DNA of 64,000 nucleotides, taken from the IMG/VR virus record IMGVR_UViG_3300021197_001635, positions 64,001 to 128,000 of that record, one strand, 5' to 3'. This document shows, piece after piece, positions 1 to 10,993 of this stretch (its first letter is position 1; every line of letters begins with the position of its first letter). This DNA comes from a virus. The notes beneath the pieces were generated by a model that searched no databases, was not told where the DNA came from, and saw nothing but the letters and a program-made list of their open reading frames with translations. The position numbers were made by a program, and so were the translations under genes.

Positions 1-2
1 AT

Positions 3-914
3 AAAGAGATAACTATCACTGGTGCTGATGCCAGCGGCAATGTAGATGGGACTAAAGCAGTCCTCATCGGGGCTGTGGGTGGTTCTTCTGCCATGCTGGA
101 ATTTGAGGCTACTGAAGGAGAAAGACTAGTTATTGCACACCTCCATTTCGATGCGAACGATAACTCGCAAAACTGCATCTTAAGTGCTACAGACAACCAC
201 TATATCCATTTCATAAATTGCAGATTCTCTCAGGCGACTGGTGAAGGAGTGGTGTGGGCAGGTAACAACTATTGGGATTTCTTATATTGCAGATTCGATA
301 ACTGTGCATCGAGCGGACTCAAGATGGATGGTCTAGCCTTTGGTGTTGGATACAGGTGTTTGTTCGATAACAACGGTGGAGATGGATGCGACTCTCATAC
401 TCTAAACGGTTTCAGACATAAATGGATTGAGTGTGTGTTTTACAACAATGCAGCCGATGGAATGGACTGGGTAGGTGCAGGTGGATTTGTAGCAAACTGC
501 GTTTTTGATAGTAACGGAGAGCATGGCATCACTGACAGGTCTTCCAGTATACAATCTTTAAGACTCAATAATATCTACACCAATAACAGCAGTGCAGGTG
601 TGAATGCTAGGGGAAGTACGGACTCGGTAGCATTTAACGAGGTATTCCATGGTAATGATAATGATGTAGAAGATACTGGTGGTGGAGCACAGGCAATATC
701 AGAGCTTGCCCACATGATCAACTACATTCATGGAACGGCTGATAATACCAATCCCATGTACGCAGACGCGGCTAATTTTGACTTCACGCCTACAAACACC
801 CATTTTGCGGGGTTCAACAAAGGCATAGCCACGCCATTCCAGTGGTTCGGATCGACTGCTAGCGATATGGGACTGGGCAAGTTCAAATCTTCAGAAAGCA
901 TATCAACTTTCTGA
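3..914 (+). CDS. Right-handed beta-helix (pectin-lyase-like) protein, 5'-truncated; likely virion/receptor-binding
   Basis: Frame is open from position 3. Repeated CxFxNNxxxG units (CRFDNCASSG, CLFDNNGGDG, CVFYNNAADG, CVFDSNGEHG). Confidence 0.7.
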   Translation, partial: KEITITGADASGNVDGTKAVLIGAVGGSSAMLEFEATEGERLVIAHLHFDANDNSQNCILSATDNHYIHFINCRFSQATGEGVVWAGNNYWDFLYCRFDNCASSGLKMDGLAFGVGYRCLFDNNGGDGCDSHTLNGFRHKWIECVFYNNAADGMDWVGAGGFVANCVFDSNGEHGITDRSSSIQSLRLNNIYTNNSSAGVNARGSTDSVAFNEVFHGNDNDVEDTGGGAQAISELAHMINYIHGTADNTNPMYADAANFDFTPTNTHFAGFNKGIATPFQWFGSTASDMGLGKFKSSESISTF

Positions 915-917
915 GTA

Positions 918-946
918 TTGACAATCAAAAGCCTCAATGGTATAAT
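918..946 (+). promoter_or_regulatory. Sigma70-type early promoter
   Basis: TTGACA(918-923)-17 bp-TATAAT(941-946), extended -10 TG. Confidence 0.85.
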
Positions 947-977
947 GTATTTTTACTTTTAGATATGGAGGTTTGTT

Positions 978-1556
978 ATGGATTTACCAACACTTGGGTA
1001 TTATAGAACGCACAGCAATGCGATCCCACCCAAAATGAGCACAGCGGGGGCAGCCTGCTATGACCTTTCTGCACAACTGGTTGTTGAGGACAACAGTGGC
1101 AGAGTAACCGATTATAGAGAGGTCACAATTTTCACACCAGAAAATGAGACCTACACAGAGACCGCAACCTGCAGGGTTCACCCTACCGAGAATGGAAGAT
1201 TTACACCTTTCAGGGTAACAATCCCACCTAGACACAGAGCCATCATTCCAACTGGAATCATATTCGATATTCCAGACGGTTATTCTGTCAGACTGCACCC
1301 TAGGTCTGGTCTTTCCATCAAAAAGGGATTCATCGTCGCCAATTGCGAGGGTGTCATTGACGAGGACTACTTCCATGAGATCAAATCTTTGATGGTGAAC
1401 ACAAGCGAGATTCCAATCGTAGTCGAGCATGGTGATAGAATCGTTCAGGCAGAGATTGTCAAGACGGTACAGCACTACATTGTAGAGACCCACGTTGAGC
1501 CTTGCCAGAAGACAGATAGAGTGGGTGGTCTTGGTAGCACGGGAGTTAAAGTATGA
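978..1556 (+). CDS. dut: Trimeric dUTPase
   Basis: Motifs AACYDL, PRSGL, GVIDEDY, GDRIVQ, RVGGLGSTG. Confidence 0.95.
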   Translation: MDLPTLGYYRTHSNAIPPKMSTAGAACYDLSAQLVVEDNSGRVTDYREVTIFTPENETYTETATCRVHPTENGRFTPFRVTIPPRHRAIIPTGIIFDIPDGYSVRLHPRSGLSIKKGFIVANCEGVIDEDYFHEIKSLMVNTSEIPIVVEHGDRIVQAEIVKTVQHYIVETHVEPCQKTDRVGGLGSTGVKV

Positions 1557-1942
1557 ACAGAGATGAATTAATACAGCATCATGTAGCATTGTGTGAAGAG
1601 GCTAGATCCCTCATGAGAGTCAAGAATCATGATTATGCAGGCAAGGACACTGATACCCCTTGGATGAACTTCCAGAGATCAGAGATAATGGGTCTTTGCA
1701 AGACCGAGCAAGCATTCATGGTTAGGATTCTGGACAAGATTTCAAGACTAATCACCTACACGACTAGCGGGGAACTGATGGTCAAAGGTGAGGGTGTTAA
1801 GGACTCAATAGTCGATATAATTAATTATATGGTCTTGTTCTCAGCATTCATAGAAGACGGCAATGTGAAGGACGAAGACCCTGACGGCTCGAAAGATACT
1901 GCTATGAATTATGACAACATCGAGAGAGAATCACTCGTATGA
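1553..1942 (+). CDS. DUF1599/Nmad1-like all-alpha protein, possible MazG-like nucleotide hydrolase
   Basis: KNHDYAG..NF, RILDKISRL, DSIVDIINY; translationally coupled between dut and gp43. Confidence 0.6.
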   Translation: MNRDELIQHHVALCEEARSLMRVKNHDYAGKDTDTPWMNFQRSEIMGLCKTEQAFMVRILDKISRLITYTTSGELMVKGEGVKDSIVDIINYMVLFSAFIEDGNVKDEDPDGSKDTAMNYDNIERESLV

Positions 1943-4461
1943 AAGAAATGTACTCCAATGTGGTTACCTATGGTAACACCCTGATGTACAGAGGATACGA
2001 CTCGGAAGGAAATAAAGTCGAGGATAGGGCGGAGTTTAATCCAGTCCTATATGTTCCTAGCAGCAAAGGCAAGGAATTCAAGACTCTGGAAGGCTCCCCT
2101 CTTGAAGAGATTGAGATGGGATGCATCAAGGAATATAGAGACTTTATCAAGCAATATGATGGTGTTGCTGGCATGACAGTATACGGGGATATTAATCTAG
2201 AGTGCCAGTACATAGGCAGAAGGTTCACCGACAAGAAGGTGGACTACGATTATGACCTGCTCAACGTGGTTAGCATCGATATTGAAACCACCTGCGAGTA
2301 CGGATTCCCCGATGTGGAGAACCCAAATGAAGAAGTTATTGCTATCACTATTCGGATTAATGATCAAACTTATAGTTACGGTCTGGGTGATTTCGACATT
2401 GATGGTGTTCATTGTCATCCTTATGCTAGGGATGAAGAGTTAGACCTAATCAATGATTTTCTGGGCAAGTGGGAAGAGATTTCACCAGACATCATCACTG
2501 GTTGGAATATCAGATTCTTCGATATGCCTTATCTTTATAACAGGATCAAGAAGATAGCAGGTCCCAAGCAGGCTAAGAGACTTAGTCCTTGGAAGATAGT
2601 CAAAGAGAAGACCATCCACAGACGAAATCGGGAGCAGAAGGTGTTGGATATTGTGGGTATTGCCACAATGGACTATTATGATCTATACCAGACTTTCACA
2701 TACACCAATCAAGAAAGCTACAGATTGGATCATATAGCATATGTGGAATTGGGTGAGCGGAAGTTGTCCTACTCAGAATTCGGCAGCATCAGAGAATTCT
2801 ATAAGAAGGATTTTCAGAAGTTCATGGAGTACAACGTGATAGACGTGGTACTGGTGGACAGACTGGAAGAGAAGTTGCGACTGATGGAACTAGCCGTCGC
2901 CTTGGCATATGCTGCAAAGGTCAATTTCATGGATGTCTTCAGTCAGGTGAAGATGTGGGACAGCATCATCTACCATCATCTTCATGATAAGAAAATAGCG
3001 GTTCCACCTAGAGTTGTAACCCAGAAGTCAGAGCAGTATGCTGGTGCTTATGTGAAAGACCCTATCGTGGGTATGCATGATTGGATCATGTCTTTCGACC
3101 TCAATTCCCTGTACCCCCATCTGATCATGCAGTATAATATCAGTCCAGAGACCAAGGTACACAATATTGATAACATTCATGCTAGGGATATTATTACACC
3201 CAATGGCATCTTGGACTGTTCTGAGCAGACCGAAAAATACCTAGAAGAATGGAGGAGAAGGGATCTGTCTATTGCTAGCAATGGGATCACCTTCACCAGA
3301 GACTTCCAAGGGTTCCTACCATCGATTATGGAAACGCTCTATGAAGAGAGGAAAATCGCTAAGAAGAAGATGATTCAAGCACAGCAAAAGCAGCAATCAT
3401 CCGACGACCCTCAGATCGCCAGAGATATATCCAAATACAAGAACGAGCAGCTGGTGAGAAAAGTGCAATTGAACTCCGCATATGGTGCTATTGGAAATCA
3501 ATACTGCCGATATTACGATGTGGATATGGCAGAGGCAGTCACAATATCTGGTCAACTTAGCATCAGGTGGATTGAGAGAGAATTGAATGCTCTTATGAAT
3601 AAGATATTGGGAACTGACGACGAGGACTACGTGGTCGCCATTGATACCGACTCTGTTTATATCAATGTGGGTGATCTAGTGAAGAAGATCGGTGGAGGTA
3701 AGAGCAAGCAAGAAGTGGTCGATCTATTGGATCAGTCTGCCAATGATATATTCTTACCTTTCATCGACAAAAAGTATATGGAGATGGCATCTAAAGTCAA
3801 TGCTTATCAGCAAAAGATGAAGATGGGGAGAGAGGTAATAGCAGATAAAGGAATCTGGACTGCTAAGAAGAGATATATCCTCAACGTCATAGACAATGAG
3901 GGCGTTAGATATGATAAGGCTAAGATCAAAGTGGTTGGACTGGAAACCACAAGGTCTTCTACCCCAGAGGCAGTCAGGAACCAGTTGAAAAGCATGATAA
4001 GACTTATATTGGATACTGATGAGGGCACGGTCATTAGAGAGATCGAGAAGGTGAGGGAGATATTTTATGATCTTGAACCCGAGCAAATAGCCTTCCCCAG
4101 AGGGGTGAAAGGACTTGGTAAGTATTCTGATGAAAACAATATATTTGCCAAGCACACCCCCGTCGCAGTCAAGGGTTCCCTCATTTACAATCATTACATA
4201 AATAAATTGGGTCTGGACAAGAAGTATGAGCTAATCAGGGACAATGATAAGGCGAAGTTCATATACCTTAAGGAGCCTAATCCAGTGAGAGACAAAGTTA
4301 TCACCTTTCCTAATGAATTACCAAAGGAATTAGAATTGGATGATTACATCAATTATGAATTACAGTTTGAGAAGTCTTTCCTAGATCCCTTAAAGGCTAT
4401 TTTAGAGGCTATTGGGTGGAAGTCAAGGAAAGAGAGTTCACTAGAAGGTTTGTTTGTTTGA
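1939..4461 (+). CDS. 43: Family B DNA polymerase (T4 gp43-like)
   Basis: ExoI DIETT, DLNSLYPHLI, KVQLNSAYGAIGN, IDTDS, KKRY. Confidence 0.97.
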   Translation: MKEMYSNVVTYGNTLMYRGYDSEGNKVEDRAEFNPVLYVPSSKGKEFKTLEGSPLEEIEMGCIKEYRDFIKQYDGVAGMTVYGDINLECQYIGRRFTDKKVDYDYDLLNVVSIDIETTCEYGFPDVENPNEEVIAITIRINDQTYSYGLGDFDIDGVHCHPYARDEELDLINDFLGKWEEISPDIITGWNIRFFDMPYLYNRIKKIAGPKQAKRLSPWKIVKEKTIHRRNREQKVLDIVGIATMDYYDLYQTFTYTNQESYRLDHIAYVELGERKLSYSEFGSIREFYKKDFQKFMEYNVIDVVLVDRLEEKLRLMELAVALAYAAKVNFMDVFSQVKMWDSIIYHHLHDKKIAVPPRVVTQKSEQYAGAYVKDPIVGMHDWIMSFDLNSLYPHLIMQYNISPETKVHNIDNIHARDIITPNGILDCSEQTEKYLEEWRRRDLSIASNGITFTRDFQGFLPSIMETLYEERKIAKKKMIQAQQKQQSSDDPQIARDISKYKNEQLVRKVQLNSAYGAIGNQYCRYYDVDMAEAVTISGQLSIRWIERELNALMNKILGTDDEDYVVAIDTDSVYINVGDLVKKIGGGKSKQEVVDLLDQSANDIFLPFIDKKYMEMASKVNAYQQKMKMGREVIADKGIWTAKKRYILNVIDNEGVRYDKAKIKVVGLETTRSSTPEAVRNQLKSMIRLILDTDEGTVIREIEKVREIFYDLEPEQIAFPRGVKGLGKYSDENNIFAKHTPVAVKGSLIYNHYINKLGLDKKYELIRDNDKAKFIYLKEPNPVRDKVITFPNELPKELELDDYINYELQFEKSFLDPLKAILEAIGWKSRKESSLEGLFV

Positions 4462-4479
4462 AACGAGAGGTAACGAAAA

Positions 4480-5541
4480 ATGACAGGATTTCTTGAATCG
4501 ATTATTAAAGATTCTGGCAACGAGTATGCCAGCATTGTGGAAGGTGGGGTTGAAGGTAGTGATGTCACTGGTTTCATCAACACTGGTAGTTACGCGTTAA
4601 ATGCACTTCTATCTGGAGATATTTATCAGGGGATGCCAGATAATAAGATTATCGCTTTGGCAGGAGAGAGTGCGACAGGTAAGACCTATTTCGCATTGGA
4701 TATCTGCAAGAAATTCCTTACTGACAAAGAAGATGGGATTGTCTTGTATTTTGATACAGAGCAGGCGATCACTTCAGACATGATTAAGGATAGGGGCATT
4801 GACTCTTCTAGAGTCGCCATATTCCCAGTTGCAACGGTAGAAGATTTCAGACACCAGTGCATTAAGATCGTGGATAAAGTTCTTGAGCTGCCTAAGGAAG
4901 AGCGAAAACCCATGATCATCGTTCTCGATTCTCTTGGCATGTTGTCTACCAACAAAGAGATGGCAGATACGGCAGAAGGCAAAGAGACCAGAGATATGAC
5001 ACGTGCACAACTGGTCAAGGCTACCTTCAGGGTATTGACCCTTAAACTGGGAAGAGCACACATTCCTCTGATCTTGACCAACCATACCTATGATGTGGTG
5101 GGTTCTTATATTCCTATGAAAGAGATGGGTGGTGGTTCTGGTCTCAAGTACGCAGCATCCACAATCGTGTATCTGTCCAAGAAGAAGATTAAAGACGGAA
5201 CAGACATTATAGGCAATATTATCAGATGCAAGTTGTTTAAAAGCAGACTGACCAAGGAAAACAAGCAGGTTGAAGTCCAACTAAGCTACGACTCGGGTCT
5301 CAACCCTTATTATGGTCTTTCTGATCTGGCGATTAAGTATGACATATTCAAGAAGGTAAGCACTAGAATCGAATTGCCCGATGGAAGAAAAGTCTATGAG
5401 AAGCAGTTAAACGCCGACCCAGAAAAATATTATACAGAAGATATCCTCGACAGGATAAACGAGGCCGCTTCCAAAGAATTCAAATATGGAGGATCATCAG
5501 ATGGGGAACTGCAAGAAGTGCGAGAAGAAGAGGATGAGTGA
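4480..5541 (+). CDS. uvsX: UvsX RecA-like recombinase
   Basis: [32 protein letters not shown]. Confidence 0.95.
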   Translation: MTGFLESIIKDSGNEYASIVEGGVEGSDVTGFINTGSYALNALLSGDIYQGMPDNKIIALAGESATGKTYFALDICKKFLTDKEDGIVLYFDTEQAITSDMIKDRGIDSSRVAIFPVATVEDFRHQCIKIVDKVLELPKEERKPMIIVLDSLGMLSTNKEMADTAEGKETRDMTRAQLVKATFRVLTLKLGRAHIPLILTNHTYDVVGSYIPMKEMGGGSGLKYAASTIVYLSKKKIKDGTDIIGNIIRCKLFKSRLTKENKQVEVQLSYDSGLNPYYGLSDLAIKYDIFKKVSTRIELPDGRKVYEKQLNADPEKYYTEDILDRINEAASKEFKYGGSSDGELQEVREEEDE

Positions 5542-5704
5542 AGAAGCAGAATCCTCCGCATCAGAGGGCCTAGGAGATACCATCTCCAAGTTTATAAAGA
5601 ACGTCACTATGGGTAAGGCAAAAGAATGCGAACCTTGTAAGAAGAGGAGGGAAGCATTAAATAAGATGTTCCCTTACAAAAACAATGAAGATATTCAGGA
5701 ATAA
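5534..5704 (+). CDS. Small CxxC hypothetical protein
   Basis: [18 protein letters not shown]; start may be 5501. Confidence 0.55.
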   Translation: MSEEAESSASEGLGDTISKFIKNVTMGKAKECEPCKKRREALNKMFPYKNNEDIQE

Positions 5705-6020
5705 ACAAGACCCACCCAAGTATAAGTACGCAGACTACCCCAGAGATAGTAAATGGGGTGCGTTAAGGATATTGGATGGGGAGTACGAGGGTATCATCTT
5801 CAAATTCGGAGTAGTTAGTCTGTCTGACGATGATGATCACTGCTCAGTTAATTTCACCTATGATGTGCTTAAAAATCCTAACTATCTGTCAGAAGACGAT
5901 AGCATGAGGTCTGTCATGGGTGAGATATTGGTTGAAATATTGAAGAAGAACTACGGTGGAGAATATGATGACAATGATGACCACGGAAATGCTGATTCTG
6001 TCCAATCTGGTGCAGAATGA
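5685..6020 (+). CDS. Hypothetical protein between uvsX and 41 (T4 gp40 position)
   Basis: Position in the operon; overlaps both neighbours. Confidence 0.6.
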   Translation: MKIFRNKQDPPKYKYADYPRDSKWGALRILDGEYEGIIFKFGVVSLSDDDDHCSVNFTYDVLKNPNYLSEDDSMRSVMGEILVEILKKNYGGEYDDNDDHGNADSVQSGAE

Positions 6021-7365
6021 TAGGTATATGAGGAAGGCACTGCCATTCCTCAAGGAAGACTATTTCTCAGACAGGGTAGAAAGAAAAGTGTTCACCCTGA
6101 TTTCGGATTTTGCAGCAAAGTACAACCAGCCTCCCAATAAGGACGCACTAGGTATTTGCCTAGACAATGCTAGCGGTCTTAGTGAATCAGAGTTCAAGGA
6201 TGCCAGAAGCATTGTAAGAGACATCACCAATAAGGTGGATGACTCCCAAGAAGACCAATGGTTGCTGGACACCACAGAGTCTTTTTGTAAAGACAAGTCC
6301 ATATACAATGCAATCCTAGAATCTATACAGATAATCGATGGTAAGTCTGATATGAGCAAGAATCACCTGCCCAGTCTCTTGCAAGATGCTCTATCTGTAT
6401 CATTCGATGTCTCTGTTGGTCACGACTATATAGAAGACTCCGAGCAGAGGTACGATTTCTACCATAAGAAAGAGAATAAGATTCCTTTCGATCTGGAATT
6501 TTTCAACAGGATCACCAATAGCGGAACTCCGCAGAAGACTCTCAATATATGTCTAGCTGGTACTGGTGTCGGAAAGTCCTTGTTTATGTGTCATCATTCT
6601 GCTAATTGCCTGACTCAGGGTAAAAATGTTCTCTATATCACATGTGAAATGGCAGAAGAGAGGATCGCAGAGAGAATCGATGCCAATCTGATGAATATTA
6701 CGATGGATGAGCTGAAAGACCTACCCAAGAATGTGTATGATAAGAAGATTGAGTCTGTGACGAGTGGCATCTCTGGTAAGTTGATCATCAAAGAATATCC
6801 AACTGCGACCGCAAATGTCAATCACTTTAGATCTCTGCTTGAAGAATTGAAGATGAAGAAGAATTTCGTTCCCGATATCATATTCATTGATTATCTCAAT
6901 ATTTGTGCTGCTGCCAGATTTAAGAATGCTGCAAACGTCAACTCCTACATGTATATCAAGGCGATAGCGGAGGAGCTAAGAGGACTTGCCGTGGAGCAAA
7001 ACGTCCCTATCTTTTCTGCCACCCAGACCAATAGGAGCGGTTTCGCTAATACCGATGTGGGTCTGGAAGACACCTCAGAATCATTCGGACTGCCAGCAAC
7101 AGCAGATTTCATGTTTGCCATAATATCCACAGATGAACTAGATAGTATGAATCAAGTATTGGTAAAGCAGTTGAAGAACAGGTATAATGATACAGCGGTA
7201 AACAAGAAGTTCATAGTGGGCATAAACAGGGCTAAAATGAAGCTATATGATGTGAGTAACAAAGAACAGGACGACCTTGTAGATTCTGGTCAGTCTACAT
7301 ATAGTAGAGATGATCTTAATAGTAAGATCAAACAGGATGGTGTTTTTTCTGATTGGAAAATTTAG
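5968..7365 (+). CDS. 41: DnaB-like replicative helicase (gp41)
   Basis: AGTGVGKS, YITCEMAEERIAERID, IDYLNI, ATQTNR, SESFGLPATAD. Confidence 0.96.
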   Translation: MTMMTTEMLILSNLVQNDRYMRKALPFLKEDYFSDRVERKVFTLISDFAAKYNQPPNKDALGICLDNASGLSESEFKDARSIVRDITNKVDDSQEDQWLLDTTESFCKDKSIYNAILESIQIIDGKSDMSKNHLPSLLQDALSVSFDVSVGHDYIEDSEQRYDFYHKKENKIPFDLEFFNRITNSGTPQKTLNICLAGTGVGKSLFMCHHSANCLTQGKNVLYITCEMAEERIAERIDANLMNITMDELKDLPKNVYDKKIESVTSGISGKLIIKEYPTATANVNHFRSLLEELKMKKNFVPDIIFIDYLNICAAARFKNAANVNSYMYIKAIAEELRGLAVEQNVPIFSATQTNRSGFANTDVGLEDTSESFGLPATADFMFAIISTDELDSMNQVLVKQLKNRYNDTAVNKKFIVGINRAKMKLYDVSNKEQDDLVDSGQSTYSRDDLNSKIKQDGVFSDWKI

Positions 7366-7379
7366 ATTGGGGAAATGCG

Positions 7380-7544
7380 ATGAATAATAGAGAATTGAAA
7401 GAATGGAAAAGATGGGCTGAAGAGTACGAAGCGGATCGACTGCAAAAGAAGGTCGATATTTCGGAGAAATTCTCCAAGTCCGTTGGTAATGAAGACATTA
7501 ATAATGATAGTGATGAAGTGAAAAATGAGCATAATAATAGATAA
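7380..7544 (+). CDS. Small hypothetical protein
   Basis: Fills the gap between helicase and primase. Confidence 0.4.
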   Translation: MNNRELKEWKRWAEEYEADRLQKKVDISEKFSKSVGNEDINNDSDEVKNEHNNR

Positions 7545-8586
7545 GAAGTTTATCAATCTGGTATCACCAGAATTGCGTAATTTCAAATGGAAAAAAGAAA
7601 AGCTTGCCAACTGTTCTTGCCCAATATGCGGTGATAGTAAAAAGAACAGTAGGAAGGCTAGAGGTTATTTCTACGAGAAGCATGGACGATTCTTTTATAA
7701 ATGTCACAACTGTGACTTTTGGTGTAACATATATAGTTTTTTGAAAGAGATTTCTCCTGCACTTTGCAAAGAATACGCAATGGAGGGGTATAGAGAAAGA
7801 ATATCTCAGGGATTTATAAAAGAGAGGGTGAGGGTAGAACCAGAAGAGATGAAGTTTAATTTCAAGAAGCCTAAGAAGACTGTAATCAACAAGGATATGT
7901 TGAAGGATTGCGTTTGTCTAAACGATCTACCCGATGATCATGAGGCAGTCCAATTTGCCAATATCAGAATAATTCCCAAGCAACACTGGAACATCTTGTA
8001 TTATACAGAAGACTTTGGTGCTCTAATGAAGCACATGGATCCTGATTGCCTGAGTGTAGGAAGAGAGTCTAGACTGGTAATACCATTCTTCAACAAGAAG
8101 GGAGATGTGGTAGCAGTTCAGGGAAGATCCTTGAAAATGCAGGATGAATCTAATGCACGCAAGACCGTAAAATACTTAACAGTCAAGTCTGATAAGAGCA
8201 TAGACAGACTATGGTATGGACTTTGGAGGTGTGACACCAATAAGAAAGTGCACGTCGTTGAAGGTCCACTTGACAGTTTGTTCCTCAGCAATTCAGTCGC
8301 CATGGTTGGTGCGGGTGCTGTTGATAACATACCAGATAGGCTGGTTGACAAAGATTTGATTTTTGTGCTAGATAATGAACCAAGAAACAAGCAAATTGTT
8401 CAGTATAATCAGAATTTAATAGATCAAGGTAAGAAGGTGTGCATCTGGCCTAAGACGATCGTAGAGAAAGATATCAATGATATGGCATACAAGATGTCTA
8501 CGAGAAAAATTGAAAAAATCATTAACGAAAATTCTTTTAGTGGGTTGCAAGCGATAGCGAGACTCAGGGAATGGAGAAGAGCATGA
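7525..8586 (+). CDS. 61: DNA primase (gp61)
   Basis: CPICGDS..CHNC Zn finger, VEGPLDS, DNEPRN, KDIND. Confidence 0.95.
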   Translation: MSIIIDKKFINLVSPELRNFKWKKEKLANCSCPICGDSKKNSRKARGYFYEKHGRFFYKCHNCDFWCNIYSFLKEISPALCKEYAMEGYRERISQGFIKERVRVEPEEMKFNFKKPKKTVINKDMLKDCVCLNDLPDDHEAVQFANIRIIPKQHWNILYYTEDFGALMKHMDPDCLSVGRESRLVIPFFNKKGDVVAVQGRSLKMQDESNARKTVKYLTVKSDKSIDRLWYGLWRCDTNKKVHVVEGPLDSLFLSNSVAMVGAGAVDNIPDRLVDKDLIFVLDNEPRNKQIVQYNQNLIDQGKKVCIWPKTIVEKDINDMAYKMSTRKIEKIINENSFSGLQAIARLREWRRA

Positions 8587-9647
8587 GAACTAATTGTAAG
8601 ATGGAATACCTGTGGTTGGATGGATATGAGACACCCAACATCAGAAGCAAGACCCGATACATGACCTTGGAATCTGATGACGAATCTATGACAGTTGAAG
8701 ACATTCCAGAGTGGGGATTTGACGGTTCCAGCACTGAACAGGCATCTGGCAGCGATAGTGATTGCATCCTCAGACCAGTATCAGTATTCTTGAACCCTGT
8801 GGACTCGACATCTTTCCCCAATTCTTATCTGGTATTGTGTGAGGTGTTCAACAAAGATGGCACACCCCATGCATCCAATCACAGATCTTCTCTCAGAGAG
8901 ATTTGTGAGGGTACAGATGATTTAGAAATGTGGATGGGTATTGAGCAAGAATATACAGTGATGGATTCTGAAAAGGGTAGACCGTATGGGTGGCCTGATA
9001 TGGGTTATCCCCAGCCCCAAGGGCGATATTACTGCGGAGTTGGTGGTGATGTAGTTAAGATGAGAGATCTCGCCCATCAACATGCCATGTGTTGTCTGGA
9101 CTCAAAAATACCATTATGTGGAACCAATGCTGAGGTTATGCTATCTCAATGGGAATATCAGATAGGACCAGCATCCCCAATCAATGTATGCGATTTCTTA
9201 TGGGTGTCAAGATACATACTGGAGATTCTAGCAGAGAGTGTGGGTGCATCAATCAGTCTTGACCCTAAGTTAATCAAGGGTGATTGGAACGGGTCTGGAG
9301 CACACATCAACTTCTCCACCAAATTCATGAGAGAAGTTGGAGGCAAGGATTACATCAACGACGTCTGTGAGAGCCTAGGCAAGGCACACGAGGACCACAT
9401 CGTTAATTATGGTGTTGGCAACGAACAGAGACTCACTGGTACTCATGAGACCCAACATATCAATGAATTCACTTATGGGGAGTCCGACAGAGGTGCTAGT
9501 ATTAGGATCCCTCACTCTACTTCGGAAGAATACAGGGGATACCTAGAAGACAGAAGACCAGCATCCAATATGGACCCATACAAGGCAACAAAATGCTTGG
9601 TAGAAACGATGAAGAAGGTAGATTCTAAGGTAGAAATTGAAGTATGA
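8583..9647 (+). CDS. glnII: Glutamine synthetase type II
   Basis: EYLWLDG, WGFDGSSTEQA, PQGRYYCGVG, NAEVMLSQWEYQIGP, DWNGSGAH, GYLEDRRPASNMDPY. Confidence 0.93.
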   Translation: MRTNCKMEYLWLDGYETPNIRSKTRYMTLESDDESMTVEDIPEWGFDGSSTEQASGSDSDCILRPVSVFLNPVDSTSFPNSYLVLCEVFNKDGTPHASNHRSSLREICEGTDDLEMWMGIEQEYTVMDSEKGRPYGWPDMGYPQPQGRYYCGVGGDVVKMRDLAHQHAMCCLDSKIPLCGTNAEVMLSQWEYQIGPASPINVCDFLWVSRYILEILAESVGASISLDPKLIKGDWNGSGAHINFSTKFMREVGGKDYINDVCESLGKAHEDHIVNYGVGNEQRLTGTHETQHINEFTYGESDRGASIRIPHSTSEEYRGYLEDRRPASNMDPYKATKCLVETMKKVDSKVEIEV

Positions 9648-10393
9648 ATGTGCTAGATCATGGTCATGTTGAGTTGGTAGACCACATGGGGTCTGATCTG
9701 ACAGTATGTAACTCCGCCAGAGTATCCTTCGCCAAGGAGACCGAATGGGAGGTCGACAAAGAGGCAGAAGATAGATTGAGAAAATCTGGTTCAAAGTATA
9801 GAGAATCTGATGTTGAAAAGTTATCTACTAAAGACGAACATTTAATCAGATACCTAGCAGAGCACGATCATTGGACCCCCTTTGCACATCCACAAGTCAC
9901 CTTAAGGATCAAGGCCCCAGTATCAATAAGGACACAGTTCTTCAAGCACAAGCAAGGTTTTGTTGAAAATGAGATATCGAGGAGATACGTGGACGAAACA
10001 CCTGAATTCTATCACCCCAACTGGAGGAAAAGACCTTCTAAGGGGATGAAGCAGGGTAGTGACGGCACTCTAGAATGTTCAGGTGGAGGAGATACCTCTG
10101 GGGGGTTTGCCACACACCCTTTGTATCGAAACTACAGCAGTCTGATGAAACAGGCAGAGTGTCTATATGAAGAACTGATTTCTGCAAACGTAGCACCAGA
10201 ACAAGCAAGATTCGCACTGCCTCAATCAATGTATACTGAGTGGTACTGGACTGGATCTTTGTCAGCATATGGAAGATTTTATAAACTTAGGATCGACGCC
10301 CATGCACAATGGGAGATTCAGCAGTATGCTGATGCTATAGGTAAACTTATTAGACCTCTATTCCCAGTGTCTTGGAAATATTTGGTATCATAG
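9644..10393 (+). CDS. thyX: Flavin-dependent thymidylate synthase
   Basis: NSARVSF, HWTPF, NEISRRY, PEQARFALPQ, HAQWEI. Confidence 0.95.
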   Translation: MNVLDHGHVELVDHMGSDLTVCNSARVSFAKETEWEVDKEAEDRLRKSGSKYRESDVEKLSTKDEHLIRYLAEHDHWTPFAHPQVTLRIKAPVSIRTQFFKHKQGFVENEISRRYVDETPEFYHPNWRKRPSKGMKQGSDGTLECSGGGDTSGGFATHPLYRNYSSLMKQAECLYEELISANVAPEQARFALPQSMYTEWYWTGSLSAYGRFYKLRIDAHAQWEIQQYADAIGKLIRPLFPVSWKYLVS

Positions 10394-10420
10394 AATGCAT
10401 ATTTAAGATGGAGAATCATA

Positions 10421-10993
10421 ATGCAAAGAGTAAAAGAAGAAGTACAACTGCTTAAGGGTAAATTCGAGTTCCTTAATTGTCTAGAGACTGGAACAATTAG
10501 AACCTACACAGAAGGTCATGAAAGTACCAGACACATCTCAGAGGTGATAGGCGAAAATGGACACATTAAATCCTTAGAACTAATACCAGCCCATATCGAA
10601 GTGGCTAAGAACATATGTGTCAATTGCTGCGATAACATCACTTGGGTAGAGTGCGACTCTCTAGATCACCTTAAGAACGATGATGAGGAGATATATCACT
10701 TCGTCCTGCTAGACAGTGTAAATGATCCAGTGCATATAATGGAGGAGTTCAAACTCGTTGCCAACAGAATGCATGAGGGTGGATCTATTATGGTAGATGA
10801 CGCTGGCACAGATGAGCAGGGCAACTACACCCCCAACCCCAACGAACAACATCAACCCAAGAAGGGTTGGCATATCTGGGATTGGTGTAAGGAGAAAGGT
10901 GTAGATGCTAAAATTGTCACTGGTGGTCATTCAACACAAATAATGATACCTATGACCGAAGGAAATATGAAGATCTTCTCAGAATCTTTATGA
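10421..10993 (+). CDS. Class I SAM-dependent methyltransferase-like
   Basis: LETGTIR, CDS, LLDS, GGSIMVDD (Methyltransf_24-like pattern). Confidence 0.6.
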   Translation: MQRVKEEVQLLKGKFEFLNCLETGTIRTYTEGHESTRHISEVIGENGHIKSLELIPAHIEVAKNICVNCCDNITWVECDSLDHLKNDDEEIYHFVLLDSVNDPVHIMEEFKLVANRMHEGGSIMVDDAGTDEQGNYTPNPNEQHQPKKGWHIWDWCKEKGVDAKIVTGGHSTQIMIPMTEGNMKIFSESL

